Source: Mobula hypostoma
Lineage: Eukaryota
Length of the DNA: 64,000 bases
Assembly: GCF_963921235.1 (NCBI RefSeq)
Contig: NC_086097.1
Location: 34,164,001 to 34,228,000, forward strand
Reading direction: 5' to 3'
A program made the translations under genes and the position numbers. The notes beneath the pieces were generated by a model. It had not been told where the DNA came from, made no database searches, and worked only from the letters and a program-made list of their open reading frames with translations. Positions 39,375 through 50,399 of this stretch are shown here, piece by piece. Each line of letters starts with the position of its first letter. The stretch's first letter is position 1.

Positions 39375-39980
39375 TATACCATAAGACATAGGAGAAAAAT
39401 TAAGCCTTTCAGCCCATCAAGTCTGCTCTACTATTACATCATGGCTGATTTATTATCCCTCTCAACTCCATTCTTTTGCCTTCTCCTTTGATGCTCTTAC
39501 AAACCAGAAACCTATCAATCTCCATTTTAAATACACCCAATGACTTGGTCTCCAGTGCTGCTTGTGGCAATGAATTCCACATATTCACCACCCTCTGGCT
39601 AAAGAAATTCCTCCTCATCTCTGTTCTAAAGGGACGTCCTTCTATTCTGAGGCTGTGCTCTCTGGTCCCAGACTCTCCCACTACAGGAAGCATCCTTTCC
39701 ACGTCCACTCTATCTAAGCCTTTCAATATTTGATAAGCTTCAATGAAATCTTTCTTCTAAACTCCAGTAACTACAGGCCCAGAGCCATCAAACACTTCTC
39801 ATATGTTAAAATTTCCATTCCCAGGATCATCCTCGTGAACCTCCTCTGGACCCTCTCCTTTACCAGATAAAGGGCCCACAACTGCTGGCAATACTCCGTG
39901 TGGGCTGACCAATACTTTACGAAGTTCTGGCATTACATCCTTGATTTTATATTGCAGTCTTCTTGAAATGAATGCTAACA
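39375..39980 (-). mobile_element. CR1 3' fragment with deletions
   Basis: MKGLDRVDVERMLP..RRNFFSQRVVNMWNSLP; tail ccataagacatagg. Confidence 0.88.
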
Positions 39981-40054
39981 CCTAAAAGTGCAAGGGTACG
40001 CGGTTTGTTTTTATCTTGTTGGAGGGAGTTGCTTTGTTGTATATATTCTGCAAC

Positions 40055-40392
40055 AGTGGCACAGTGGTACAGCTGGCAGAGCTGGTGTCGCACAGCTTCA
40101 GTGACCAAAGGTTCGATCCTGACCTCGGGTGCTGTTTGTGTGGAGTTTGCATGCTCTCGCAATGACTGCATGGGTTTCCTCAAGACTCTTGGGTTTCTTT
40201 CCGCATTTCAAAGGCATAAGTGTTGGTCAATTAATTGGTTAGTGTAAGTTGTCGCTAGTGTGTATATGAGTGGGGAAACTTTGGGAAGCTGTTGGGAATG
40301 TGGGGTGAATAGAGTGGGATTTGTGTAAATGGGTCCTTGTTAGTTAATGTGAAATCAATGCACCAAAGGACTTGTATTAAGCTCTATGACAT
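40055..40392 (+). mobile_element. HE1/V-SINE-like tRNA-derived SINE
   Basis: A-box-like tggtacagctgg, B-box ggttcgatcc, V-domain gtgtggagtttgcatg, CR1-like tail ctctatgac. Confidence 0.82.
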
Positions 40393-40686
40393 TATAACTT
40401 GATTGGATCATCAATATTAACTGTGCAAAGCATTTAATACAATAACAAAGTGCATGAGGAAATTTATCGCACCATTTCCTTAGGTATGTTTCTCCACAGA
40501 TTCTAAGGCTGCTTTGAAAGTTCTATCCCAGGTAATGTACAATTGTGGCAGCTTTTTCTCTGATCGCCCCAACTAGTCGAATATCTCTGGTGCTCTCATT
40601 CACCACACCTTATCAAAGGCCTTGTGAAAGTCTAAAAGAATTCTCATTAACTGGTTATGCTAGTCGCAGCTGTCAAACATGCTTTC

Positions 40687-41262
40687 CATAGTCATAGTCA
40701 TAGTCATACTTTATTGATCCCAGGGGAAATTGGTTTTCGTTACAGTTGCACCATAAATAATAAATAGTAATAAACCATAAATAGTTAAATAGTAAAACGT
40801 AAATTATGCTAGGAAATAAGTCCAGGACCAGCCTATTGGCTCAGGGTGTCTGACCCTCCAAGGGAGGAGCTGTAAAGTTTGATGGCCACAGGCAGGAATG
40901 ACTTCCTATGACACTCTGTGTTGCATCTCGGTGGAATGAGTCTCTGGCTGAATGTACTCCTGTGTCCACCCAGTACATTATGTAGTGGATGGGAGACATT
41001 GTCCAAGATGGCATGCAACTTGGACAGCATCCTCTTTTCAGACACCACCATGAGAGAGTCCAGTTCCATCCCCACAACATCACTGGCCTTACGGATGAGT
41101 TTGTTGATCCTGTTGGTGTCTGCTACCCTCAGCCTGCTGCCCCAGCACACAACAGCAAACATGATAGCACTGGCCACCACAGATTCGTAGAACATCCTCA
41201 GCATCATCCGACAGATGTTAAAGGACCTCAGTCTCCTCAGGAAATAGAGACGGCTCTGACCC
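40687..41262 (-). mobile_element. Rex1/Babar 3' fragment (different subfamily)
   Basis: MLRMFYESVVASAIMFAVVCWG..SFLPVAIKLY; (GACTAT)n tail. Confidence 0.88.
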
Positions 41263-41754
41263 TTTTATGATTGCATGTTGACTCCAGTCAAGTTGATGCT
41301 TTTTTTCCAAATGTGGCATTGCCACTTCCTTTACAATAGATACAATCTCCCTGCTGCAAAAGACAAGCTAACTGATCTGTATTTCCAAATAGTTGGGTTG
41401 CATTCACTCTCTTTGCAATGCGTGAGAATCTATGGAACTAAAAACAGGAAGAGGGCATCCAGTGCATCCACTTTCTCCACAGTCACCACCTTCAGAACAC
41501 AGGGATGTAAGTTGTCAGATCCTTGCGATTCATAGCCTTTCCATCCCATCAACTTCTCCAATATTAATGTTCAGAATCACGATCAGATTTAATTATCACG
41601 GTCTTATTATCACTTTATTATCACTTATTAGTGAAATTTGTTTTATTTTGTGGCGGCAGTACAGGGCAAAGCTTTAAAATTACTATGAATCACAAAAGGA
41701 GTAATGAGAAACTACAAAAGGTTCCAGTGGTCCACTTCTCCCTGCCTAAAAAAA

Positions 41755-42232
41755 ACAACAAACTTTAAGAAATGCATTTAGCTGAGCAATCTCAGAATAT
41801 CCCAAACCACTCTTCAACTTCAGATGGATCTTTGAGTACACTCATTCTTGTACTGAAGTTAACCAATTATGCACAGGAGATCCCACAAATAGCAATGTAA
41901 AAAATATCAATGGATCTGTTTAGTAAACCTGAAGAAATGAATCTCAAGGTACTCTTTGGAGACATACAGTACATGTACTTTGATTATAAATTTACTTTGA
42001 ACTTTGAACTAAATGAGGGCAAAATATTTCAGGCAAGAACTACTCTGATTTTCTGCCCCATAGGAACTTGTATAATTAACTTAGAAGGCAAACTGGCATC
42101 TGTGTAATAACTTATCTAGATGCCAATTACACTCACTGGAACATCAACATTGCTTCGGTTCTTGTAGCTCTGAGATGGGACTTGAACCCACAACCTTTGC
42201 ATCAGAAATAGAAATACCAGCACTGAACCAGG
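41755..42232 (-). mobile_element. Deu-domain SINE (SacSINE1-like), with a Rex1 tail inserted at ~41925-42010
   Basis: tRNA head ggttgtgggttcaagtcccat (minus); Deu core attgctatttgtgggatctcctgtgcataattgg. Confidence 0.72.
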
Positions 42233-42419
42233 ACCAATGATAAAAGATGACATAAAATAAAGAACAACTGCAGATTAGACAGCAATATGCTACTGGCATT
42301 GGTATGATGAATTAGAAATTTCCACTCTTACACTGTGAGACTACCAGACTGATTTGAAGGCCTGGATTTTAGCAAAGATGTGAGTTTTGCATGAAAAAGC
42401 AACTGTGATTCTAAAAAGG

Positions 42420-42955
42420 ATTCCTGAATTCTCTGCCAAATTCTTCTTCCCGGGGCAGCAATGACCAATATCAGAAGACATCCATTTAAGGTGAATGGAG
42501 AGAAGCTTAGGTAGCTTTGTTATCACACAGAAAGTGGTTGGGGTCTGCACTGTCAGGGGCTGATACAATTGAGACATTTAAAAAACTCTTAAGTACATGT
42601 ATGTAAGTCAAATGGAGGGTTATGGACTGTATAGGAGTCTGGTAAACCATATATATGTTGTAACTGGGTTAACTATCTGGACACGCCCCTCTGCTGATTG
42701 CCCCTGTGGCTCCTCCCACAGATTCCCGTATAAAGGTGATTTCACCTTGCCCCTCCCCCTCAGTCCGGGGCAGACACTCATCATGGAGGTCGTATTGTAC
42801 AGCGAATAAAAGCCTTTCAGTATTTTACCCAACTTCAGTCTTTTGGAGTTATTGAAGGTGCTTCAAGGAGGAAAGGGTTAAATTGATTGTGGAGTAGTTC
42901 TGTATAGGTTGGCATAACCTTGTGGGTTGAAGGACACGTACTGTCTGTATGAGTC
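42420..42955 (+). mobile_element. Old CR1 3' end interrupted by a solo LTR
   Basis: ttcttccccggggcagcaatg..atcacacagaaagtgg..; the sequence rejoins across the LTR. Confidence 0.65.
42638..42865 (+). mobile_element. Solo LTR (228 bp)
   Basis: 5-bp TSD aggag (42633-42637 / 42866-42870); ends TC(for TG)..CA; TATAAA ~42730; AATAAA ~42805. Confidence 0.75.
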
Positions 42956-45900
42956 TATGCTTTTTCATCTGCAAGTCTCTTTCAGACTTTTCTCCACAGT
43001 AAGCTGGACAACATGCAGACACGAAACCTGATTTAGAAGCCCCAGGTCTATGAGGACACGGAGGGATTCCTATGTGCAGGAGCCTATTGTGGGTTTGGTG
43101 TATGACGGACAGAACTCTCATTACAGTGGGCCTAATTGTAGGGTAAGACTCTGAAGATGATATCCAATGGACAGTAAGAGCAAAGCGAGTGGGGATAAGT
43201 TATAAATCGGTTGAGTGGGAATGTGACGGTGGTCATGGAGAGTGGGTAAGATCAGTGAGATCAAAGTTTTGGCAGAGTAGCTTTTGACTAGGCGGAGAGA
43301 AGATTTTACTTTGAGTGAGTTGGGAGGAAGTTGGAGGGGGGAACTTCAGAGCAATTTGCTGAAAGAATGAGGAAACACTCAGCATTCTTGAGTGCTTATA
43401 TCTAGCCCCTCAGAATTAAAATGAAAATAAGTCTCATCATCATTATTAAATAAGCAACCCACTTCCTCCAAGCAAACCCACCATTCCTCCCTTGCCCTGC
43501 ATCCTGAGGCAAATTTGGGTATTTTCTAGATACTTCTGCATTTCAATGTCTGCCACAGCTCTGATTCGCCCTGTTACATTTCAGGCAGATATGTCTGAGC
43601 ATTCAAAGCCATATTGTAAAATCTGTCACAGAATTCAGTTGGCGGATACTCCGTATTTCCCATTAATTCCCTTGGCTTCAGACTTAATCGGTATGCCATT
43701 AAAGGCAGGAGAAAAGCACTTCAGAGCTGCCAAACAGAAACTAGAGTCATTTTAAAACTATCCCACTGACCTTTTGGAAAGATTAATCCTTTTAAGACAG
43801 AAACTCCCCCAGAGGGAAATTCACAAGACAACAAGCACCAGTCTCTCAAATACAGCAGCGTTTCTGACCTAATGATTTTTTTTAAGTGCACTTGGTTTAT
43901 TCTTGCAGCTTTGACACCAAACAAATCCTAAAATAAACTACAGCCTCAAAGCACAGTCCAAGAGATGTGCTAGCTGTGAAGTGTATAAGCCAGTGAGGGC
44001 AAATATTCCATACATTCTGGTGAATACCTTACCCAGGCAATTGCTCAAGAATTTCTACACAATGATTGCAAGTTTGCCCATCCTCAGGTCTGTTAGGTGA
44101 AGCACTGAAAACAATGTGAAAGTGGATTTGGCTAGAAAATAGATAAAGTGAGACTGCAATTTGTAAATGGACCTATTGTAATAAACTTGATTCATTCTGC
44201 AACTCAACCTACTTCAATGCTGGAGGCTTTATCGTGTTTGAACTGTTCTCCAAAATGTTGTTATCAAATTCTATTGTTTTCACAAATGGAGGTGCTTTTT
44301 ATTCAACGAACTCGACATTGTCATCTTACCCAAGTTAATCTTGTGCACCAACAAAACTAATATGCTTTTCATAAATTAAACATTTAAAGTAGCTCCTGGG
44401 TTTAGTGTCTCAACTGAGTGTTCTGAGTAACTTGCGACTCATAGAAACATTCAACCCTGTAGATGTTATATCATAAAATGGAGAGCTCTTGATTATGTAA
44501 AGACTGACCAAAAAATAAACTATTTAAAGTCCATAGCATACAAGGTTACAAAACCAATAGTGCCTGTCTAGAGTAACACACACAAAATGCTAGAGGAACT
44601 CAGCAGGTTAGACAGTATTTATGTAAAGAAATAAAGAGTAAACATTTTAAGTCAAGAGTATTTTAAAAATATAGCAATCATTTCTGCCTCCACAATACTT
44701 ACATGCCCTTCTTCTCCACCGGGTGAGAATGAAATCAATACTTCTACTAATTATTTTTCAAATTGTCTTAAATCTATGCACTCTAGTCATTAATTCTCTG
44801 CCAAGGAAGATAATGTTTTTTTTCATCTTGTTTAAATCTCTGCCAATTTTACACACCCCAATTAAATCTCTTCACTGCTTCAGAAACAACAACTGTAGCT
44901 TAACCAATCTTTCTTCGGAATTCTATTTCTGCAGCTTTGACAGTACCCTTGTAAATCTCCTCTGTATCATTTCTCATGTAAGTACATTCTTCCCATAGTA
45001 CTATATGTGGTACCAACTGTTGCCTAACCAGTGGTTTAGTTGTTAGCATGACCACCCTGCGTCCTTCCACTCTTCCTACTTTAACCTGATCATTAACTAT
45101 AATCTCAATGTTCGAGTTTATCTGCTCTACCATCCACCCCCATGGCACAATATCAAATATTATGAAGCTATACACCAGGAATTCATTTCATTTTTCAACA
45201 TGAATTGAAGCTATTGTTACAAAGAAGCATAGCCTTATGGTAGAATGATATTTGTGTGCAATATTAATCCAAAAATTTTCAAGCAACTTACATTTTGGCT
45301 TTCAAGCTCAATACGTTGATCTCTTTTATTCTTTCATTGCTCTCTAAAACTAATCCCTAAAAGATAAATGGGCAAATCTTGACAAATATCCAAATTCACT
45401 AATGCATCCTAATTCCTTTTATCTTAATTTCAACGTCCATCAGAATAGATCACATCATAAACAAGTGGACCTTCCCCATTCTATAAAGAGTGTCTCTACA
45501 ATCACTAACTGTTCTTGTGATCAATAGGCAGTCCCAAAGCCCTTTACCACATGATTAAGGCACTTTAAATTACTAAATTCCTGAAGTTCCTCTTTGCCCT
45601 TTAAATACTAAATCTAATTTCTTAATTTGAGACAGAATTCCAAACTCATGTATACAGTCAAGCTTTGCATTCACGATTCCTGCTGTGGGAATCTATATAC
45701 AAACTCTGTATACCTATGCATATCACCAATGCCATCTATAAATTTGCCAATGACACCACTGATTTTAGAAGGATCACAAATGGTGACAAGGTGGCACACA
45801 GGAGTGAGATAGGTCAGTTGGTTGAGTGGTGTCATTAACAATGACCTTGCACTCGGTGTCACAAGGCCAAGGAACTGGTTGTAATCTTTAGGAAGAGGAA

Positions 45901-46079
45901 AGTCAGGCCGACATGCACCAGTCCTCACTGAAGGGCCTATGGCGGAAGGCTTCAAGTCCCTGGGTGTCAACCTCATGGAAGACCTATGCTGGGACCATTA
46001 CATAAATGCAGCCATGGAGAAGACACACTAACATCTCTACTTTCTTAGAAGTTCGAGGAGATTTAACATGTCATCAAAG

Positions 46080-46278
46080 TGGATTTAGTGCTTTCCCGGC
46101 GAATACATGACGAATAAATCCTTCTCAGGCTTCCAGCCGGATACAGATATTGATTGTAACTGAATGACAAACTCTGCCATCTTCATCAGGGATGATGCCT
46201 GAGCACCACCCTGATGAAGATGGCGGTGTTTGTCATTGAAACATCAGTTATACCCAGCTGGAAGCCCAAGAAGAGTTT
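46080..46278. mobile_element. 199-bp palindromic Penelope-type element with a hammerhead core (second family)
   Basis: 12-bp TSD atgtcatcaaag (46068-46079 / 46279-46290); inverted arms; CTGATGA (46211-46217)..GAAAC (46238-46242). Confidence 0.8.
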
Positions 46279-46605
46279 ATGTCATCAAAGATTCTGACAA
46301 ATATCTACCTATGTACAGTGGAAAGAATTCCGATTGGTAGAATGGAATTCCAATGAACAGGAATATAAGAGGCTATAGGGAGTAGTGGAATCAGCCAATC
46401 ATAGGCAAGCAGTCCATACCATTGAGAGCATCTACAAGAGACAATGACTCAGGAAAGCAACATCCATCATTCAGACCCCCATCATCTGGGCAGAAGGGTA
46501 CAGAAACCAAACCCCAACACCTCAAGGTTCAGCAACAGCTTCTTTCCCACTGCCGTCAAAATCTGGAACTGACATGAAAAACTCTATCACTACTTCAGAC
46601 TATTT

Positions 46606-46632
46606 TCTTTTCTCTCTCTCTCTCTCTCTCTC
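46606..46632. repeat. (TC)n microsatellite
   Basis: Direct read. Confidence 0.9.
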
Positions 46633-47007
46633 AGCTTGCGCTAGGTGGCATTCGGTTTATTTTGTCACACAAGTTATGTACACTTCATCATAATTTAATT
46701 TTGTGTTCTTATATTTGTAATGTACTGCTGCAAAAAGCAAATTTTCAATATATCTATACCCTGTGTATGTGTGTTTATATCAATAAAAGTGAACTTGGGC
46801 TTCACCAATTACAAGTTGTCCCAATAATTGACCAGTTGATCTTCAAAGTTCCCTTTGTAAGTCCTGTTTCTACATCTAAATACTGACTACAGATCACTGC
46901 TTGTGGTCTCGGTCCTCCAATCTGGATTTTAGTTATTGTCGATTACACTCTTGAAGCTGCAGGATTTCTGTGCTGTTGCTTGAGATTCAGCAATCCTAGG
47001 TTCAAGC

Positions 47008-47468
47008 TTCAGAATCAGAATCAGAATCGGGTTTAATATCACCAGCATTTGTCGTGAAATTTGTTAACTTTGTAGCGGCAGTACAATAAAATACATAATA
47101 TAGAAAGAAATGTGAATTACAGTAAGTATATACTTTATATGTATACCAAATAGTTAAATTAAATAAGTAGCACAAAAGAGTAGTGAGGTGGTGTCCATTC
47201 TGATATCGGATGGCAGACGGTGAGAAGCTGTTCCTGAATCGCTGAGTGTGTACTTTCAGGCTTCTGTACCTCCTTCCTGATGCCAACAATTTTGGAGCCA
47301 CTGCTCCTTGAAGCCATCTTGGATACTACAGAGGCTAGTGCCCACAATGGAACTGACTAATGTTACAGCTCTCTGCAGCTTACTACAAAACTGTGCCCCA
47401 CCTTCCCACCATACCAGACAGTGATGCAGCCAGTCAGAATGCTCTCCATAGTACACCTGTAGAAAGCT
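47008..47468 (-). mobile_element. Rex1/Babar 3' fragment with internal deletion
   Basis: ASGRRYRSLKVHTQRFRNSFSPSAIR; (GATTCT)n tail. Confidence 0.85.
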
Positions 47469-47779
47469 GTTCAATATTCAACAAGAAGACATCCCTTAAG
47501 ACTTATCATTCCAGGGCTTTGGACAATGATTGACCACTTTCCCCTGCTCTGATTGGAATATTCTTCTTTCTCATGAAACTGATTCCACATTGTAATCTTC
47601 CCAAATGTCTTTCTAAACGCTAGATTTTGAAATTGACAATTCAGTAATTTTTTTTGCATCACACAGCAATATACCTGGAATAAAACTGGAGAGCACCAGA
47701 GAGCATACTATGGTCACTTTTCCACAAGAGTCCAAAAGAATATATTATGCCTTTTATAAATGTTCTGTTTCACCTTTTT

Positions 47780-48350
47780 TGACAGTCCTTCAAGATCGAG
47801 GATGACCTGCCTCTGCGGGTACTGAATTGCCTGCTGAAGCCAATGTGGGAACTGCAGACTTTTCCACAGATTGGGTAGGAGCCCCTCAGTAGGGGTGGCC
47901 AGGATTGGTATTTTATGAAGTCATGCGTTCTCCTGGCATCTGTGTGAACTCGAAGTTGTCACTGCCCTCGCAAATTCTTTTGCCTTTGAATTATCACAGA
48001 ACAAAAAATCTCTGGAGAGTTTGTTACACGTTTCCTAGGAATTTTTGAGCACATCCATGACTATTTTACACTGAAATGGTTTGGGAATCTTGTATCAGGC
48101 GTCGAGCAATGTGGCCTACCCAGCAGAGCCGACAGAGGGCCATTCAAAATTCAGTATGAGGATATTGGCTCAGGACAGGACACCAACTTTGGTTAACTTA
48201 TCCATCCAGTGAATTCAGAGACTTTGTGGAGACAATGTTGGTAAATTCTTCTCCCGTGCTTTGAAGTCCCAGGTCTCAGAAGGATATCTGAAAATAAGGA
48301 TCACCTCTACTTGGAAGGCCATGAACTTCGTGTCAAGTTTATCTTCTTGA
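47780..48350 (-). mobile_element. Old RTE-like LINE 3' part
   Basis: Minus-strand remnants PSETW, IHWMDK and CRLCWVGHIAR (compare QLRWxGHVxRM). Confidence 0.55.
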
Positions 48351-48399
48351 CCTTGCTACTCCCTGATCCTCTCTTCCATTTTCACCAAACATTTCCCTT

Positions 48400-48590
48400 C
48401 TCTCAGCGCTTTCCTGTGAAGTAGCAAATCACTTGCACTGCCTTCACTGTAGCATTCAGTGCTCAGGATCTGGTGTATGCTGTATTGGAGAAACCAGAGC
48501 TTGCCTGATGTCATTGTTGAACACCCCTGTTATCAGTCCACAGGAGTGACCCTGGCTTTACAGTTACCCGTCACTTCATTTTCACCTCTC
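48400..48590 (+). mobile_element. Decayed Penelope GIY-YIG fragment
   Basis: FPVK*QITCT..IQCSGSGVCCIGETR resembles the motif at 62960-63100. Confidence 0.5.
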
Positions 48591-48611
48591 TATGGCTTAC
48601 TGTAATATTGC

Positions 48612-49130
48612 ATAAAATATAGAAGAATTAGGCCATTCAGCCCATCGATTCTGCTCTGCCATTCCAGCATGACTGATTTTTTTTATCCTCAATCCCATCC
48701 TCCTGCCTTCTCCCAGTAACCTTTGAAGCCTTACTAATCAAGAATCTATCAACCTCCAGTTTAATATACCCAATTATTTGGCCTCCACAACTGTCTGTGG
48801 CAAGGAATTCCCCAAATTCACCACCTTCTGGCTGAAGAAATTCCTCGTCATATCTGTTCTAAAGGAACATCCTTGTATTCTGAGGCTGTGCCCTCTGGTC
48901 CTAGACTCCCCCACTATAGGAAACATCCTCTCCATGTGCACTTATCTAGGTCTCTCAATATTTGGTAGGTTGAATGAGATCCCCATTCATTCTTCTAAGC
49001 TCCAGTGAGGGGCCCAAAACTGCTCACAATACTCCAAGTGCAGTTTGACCAATACCTTTCAGAGCTTCGGCATTTTGTTCTTGCTTTTATATTATAATAC
49101 TCTCAAAACAATTGCTAACATTGCATTTGT
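48612..49130 (-). mobile_element. CR1 3' fragment with deletion
   Basis: Homologous to 39375-39980 and 2686-3250. Confidence 0.85.
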
Positions 49131-50399
49131 TAATATCGTATTTACTACTGACACTTATCCTGGGCCTTCCAACAAGTAAACTTGAAGAAAACTGTACTTT
49201 CCCTTCCATCCCTGTTTCAGAAGAGGTCAGCTCAACCCTTATATTAACTTCATATTAACTCTCCAACTACATAGCCTGATCTTGCTTCACTCTCACCTTC
49301 ATTTCACAGCTTTTGCATGTTCCTTGTCCTTTAACTTCCTCCTATTCTAGAATTTTCTGTTTTTATCTCATCATCAAGTCATTGTATTAAATTCAGCATT
49401 TAGAAAAATTGCGCACATTAATACCTTTCATAACCTCAAGATGTCCTAAATCTTTGAGAGCCACAGAATTCCCTTGGTATTTGAGTTATTTGTACTTATT
49501 TGTTTCAACTGCTTATCACAGATTACAACCAAGTAAGATAAAGAGGTACATTTTAAAAAAGGTGACCAGAAAAAAGAGAACAAAAATTTCTCCAAGCAAG
49601 CAGGCTTGTTCATGCCACTATTTTTCTTCATGATTTGGTACAGAGCATCACATTGGCAGAGAAACCTGACTTCAGATAAACTCAGAAGTCTTCTAATTAT
49701 GGAACAGATGGAGAGAATGCGACTGCAATGCCATGTTCAGTTGGCAGTCCTTGCAAAGTGGATAGAAATAATAGACAGAATCTTACATCCACAGTGCCTG
49801 CAAGAGAGGAGGAATTTGCTCAGGTGCCAAAAATATAACTTCAGGCACTGACTGCGTATCATTCTGATCTCATGAAAGATTAAGCCGTTAAACCCACGTT
49901 CTGGAATAAACAGATCTATGCGACACATTTACAGATGGCTGAGGCACATTAAAAACTTTGTTAAGTTGATCTTATTTTTAAGAGTATTTACAGGCAATCG
50001 AGCTGAAATGTGACAACTAAAGCTTTGGAACCTACCAAGTACTGAGGTTCTAAATAATTCTCTACTACAAATTCACTGTGACTACAGTATGTCTGTGGTT
50101 ATAAACAAAAGCAATTTACCCTTCGAGGCAAAAGATCAAATAGCTCAGGCTGAAATCCTTTATCTTTTCCCAGCTGCCTGCTTTGACTTCAGTGGCATCA
50201 TTCTGATATCTGAGTTACAAGGAGAACTCCCTCCTCTGGGTAGTTCAGCATACAATCTGGACCAAATTGATGCCTAATCATGGAAGGTTTCACGTTTTAG
50301 ATAAGAATTTGAACTCAGATCTCTTTTCCTGTCTCAGGACTCATTTGTCAACAATAAAGATCTCACAATACCAATCAAGGAAATGTAGTTTTACAGGAG

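Larger units (their letters stand above)
45640..46795 (+). mobile_element. Decayed Rex1/Babar 3' half, interrupted at 46080-46278
   Basis: IYKFANDTT, FKSLGVNL..DLCWD, FSNSFFPTAVK remnants. Confidence 0.78.

Noticed and set aside
41472..41512. Possible 24-nt plus-strand microexon (ctccacag..gtaagt)
   Set aside because: Splice motifs alone are expected by chance in 64 kb; no supporting exons
42170..42232. tRNA-like boxes (also ~40060-40120 and ~52730-52780)
   Set aside because: SINE heads; no full cloverleaf
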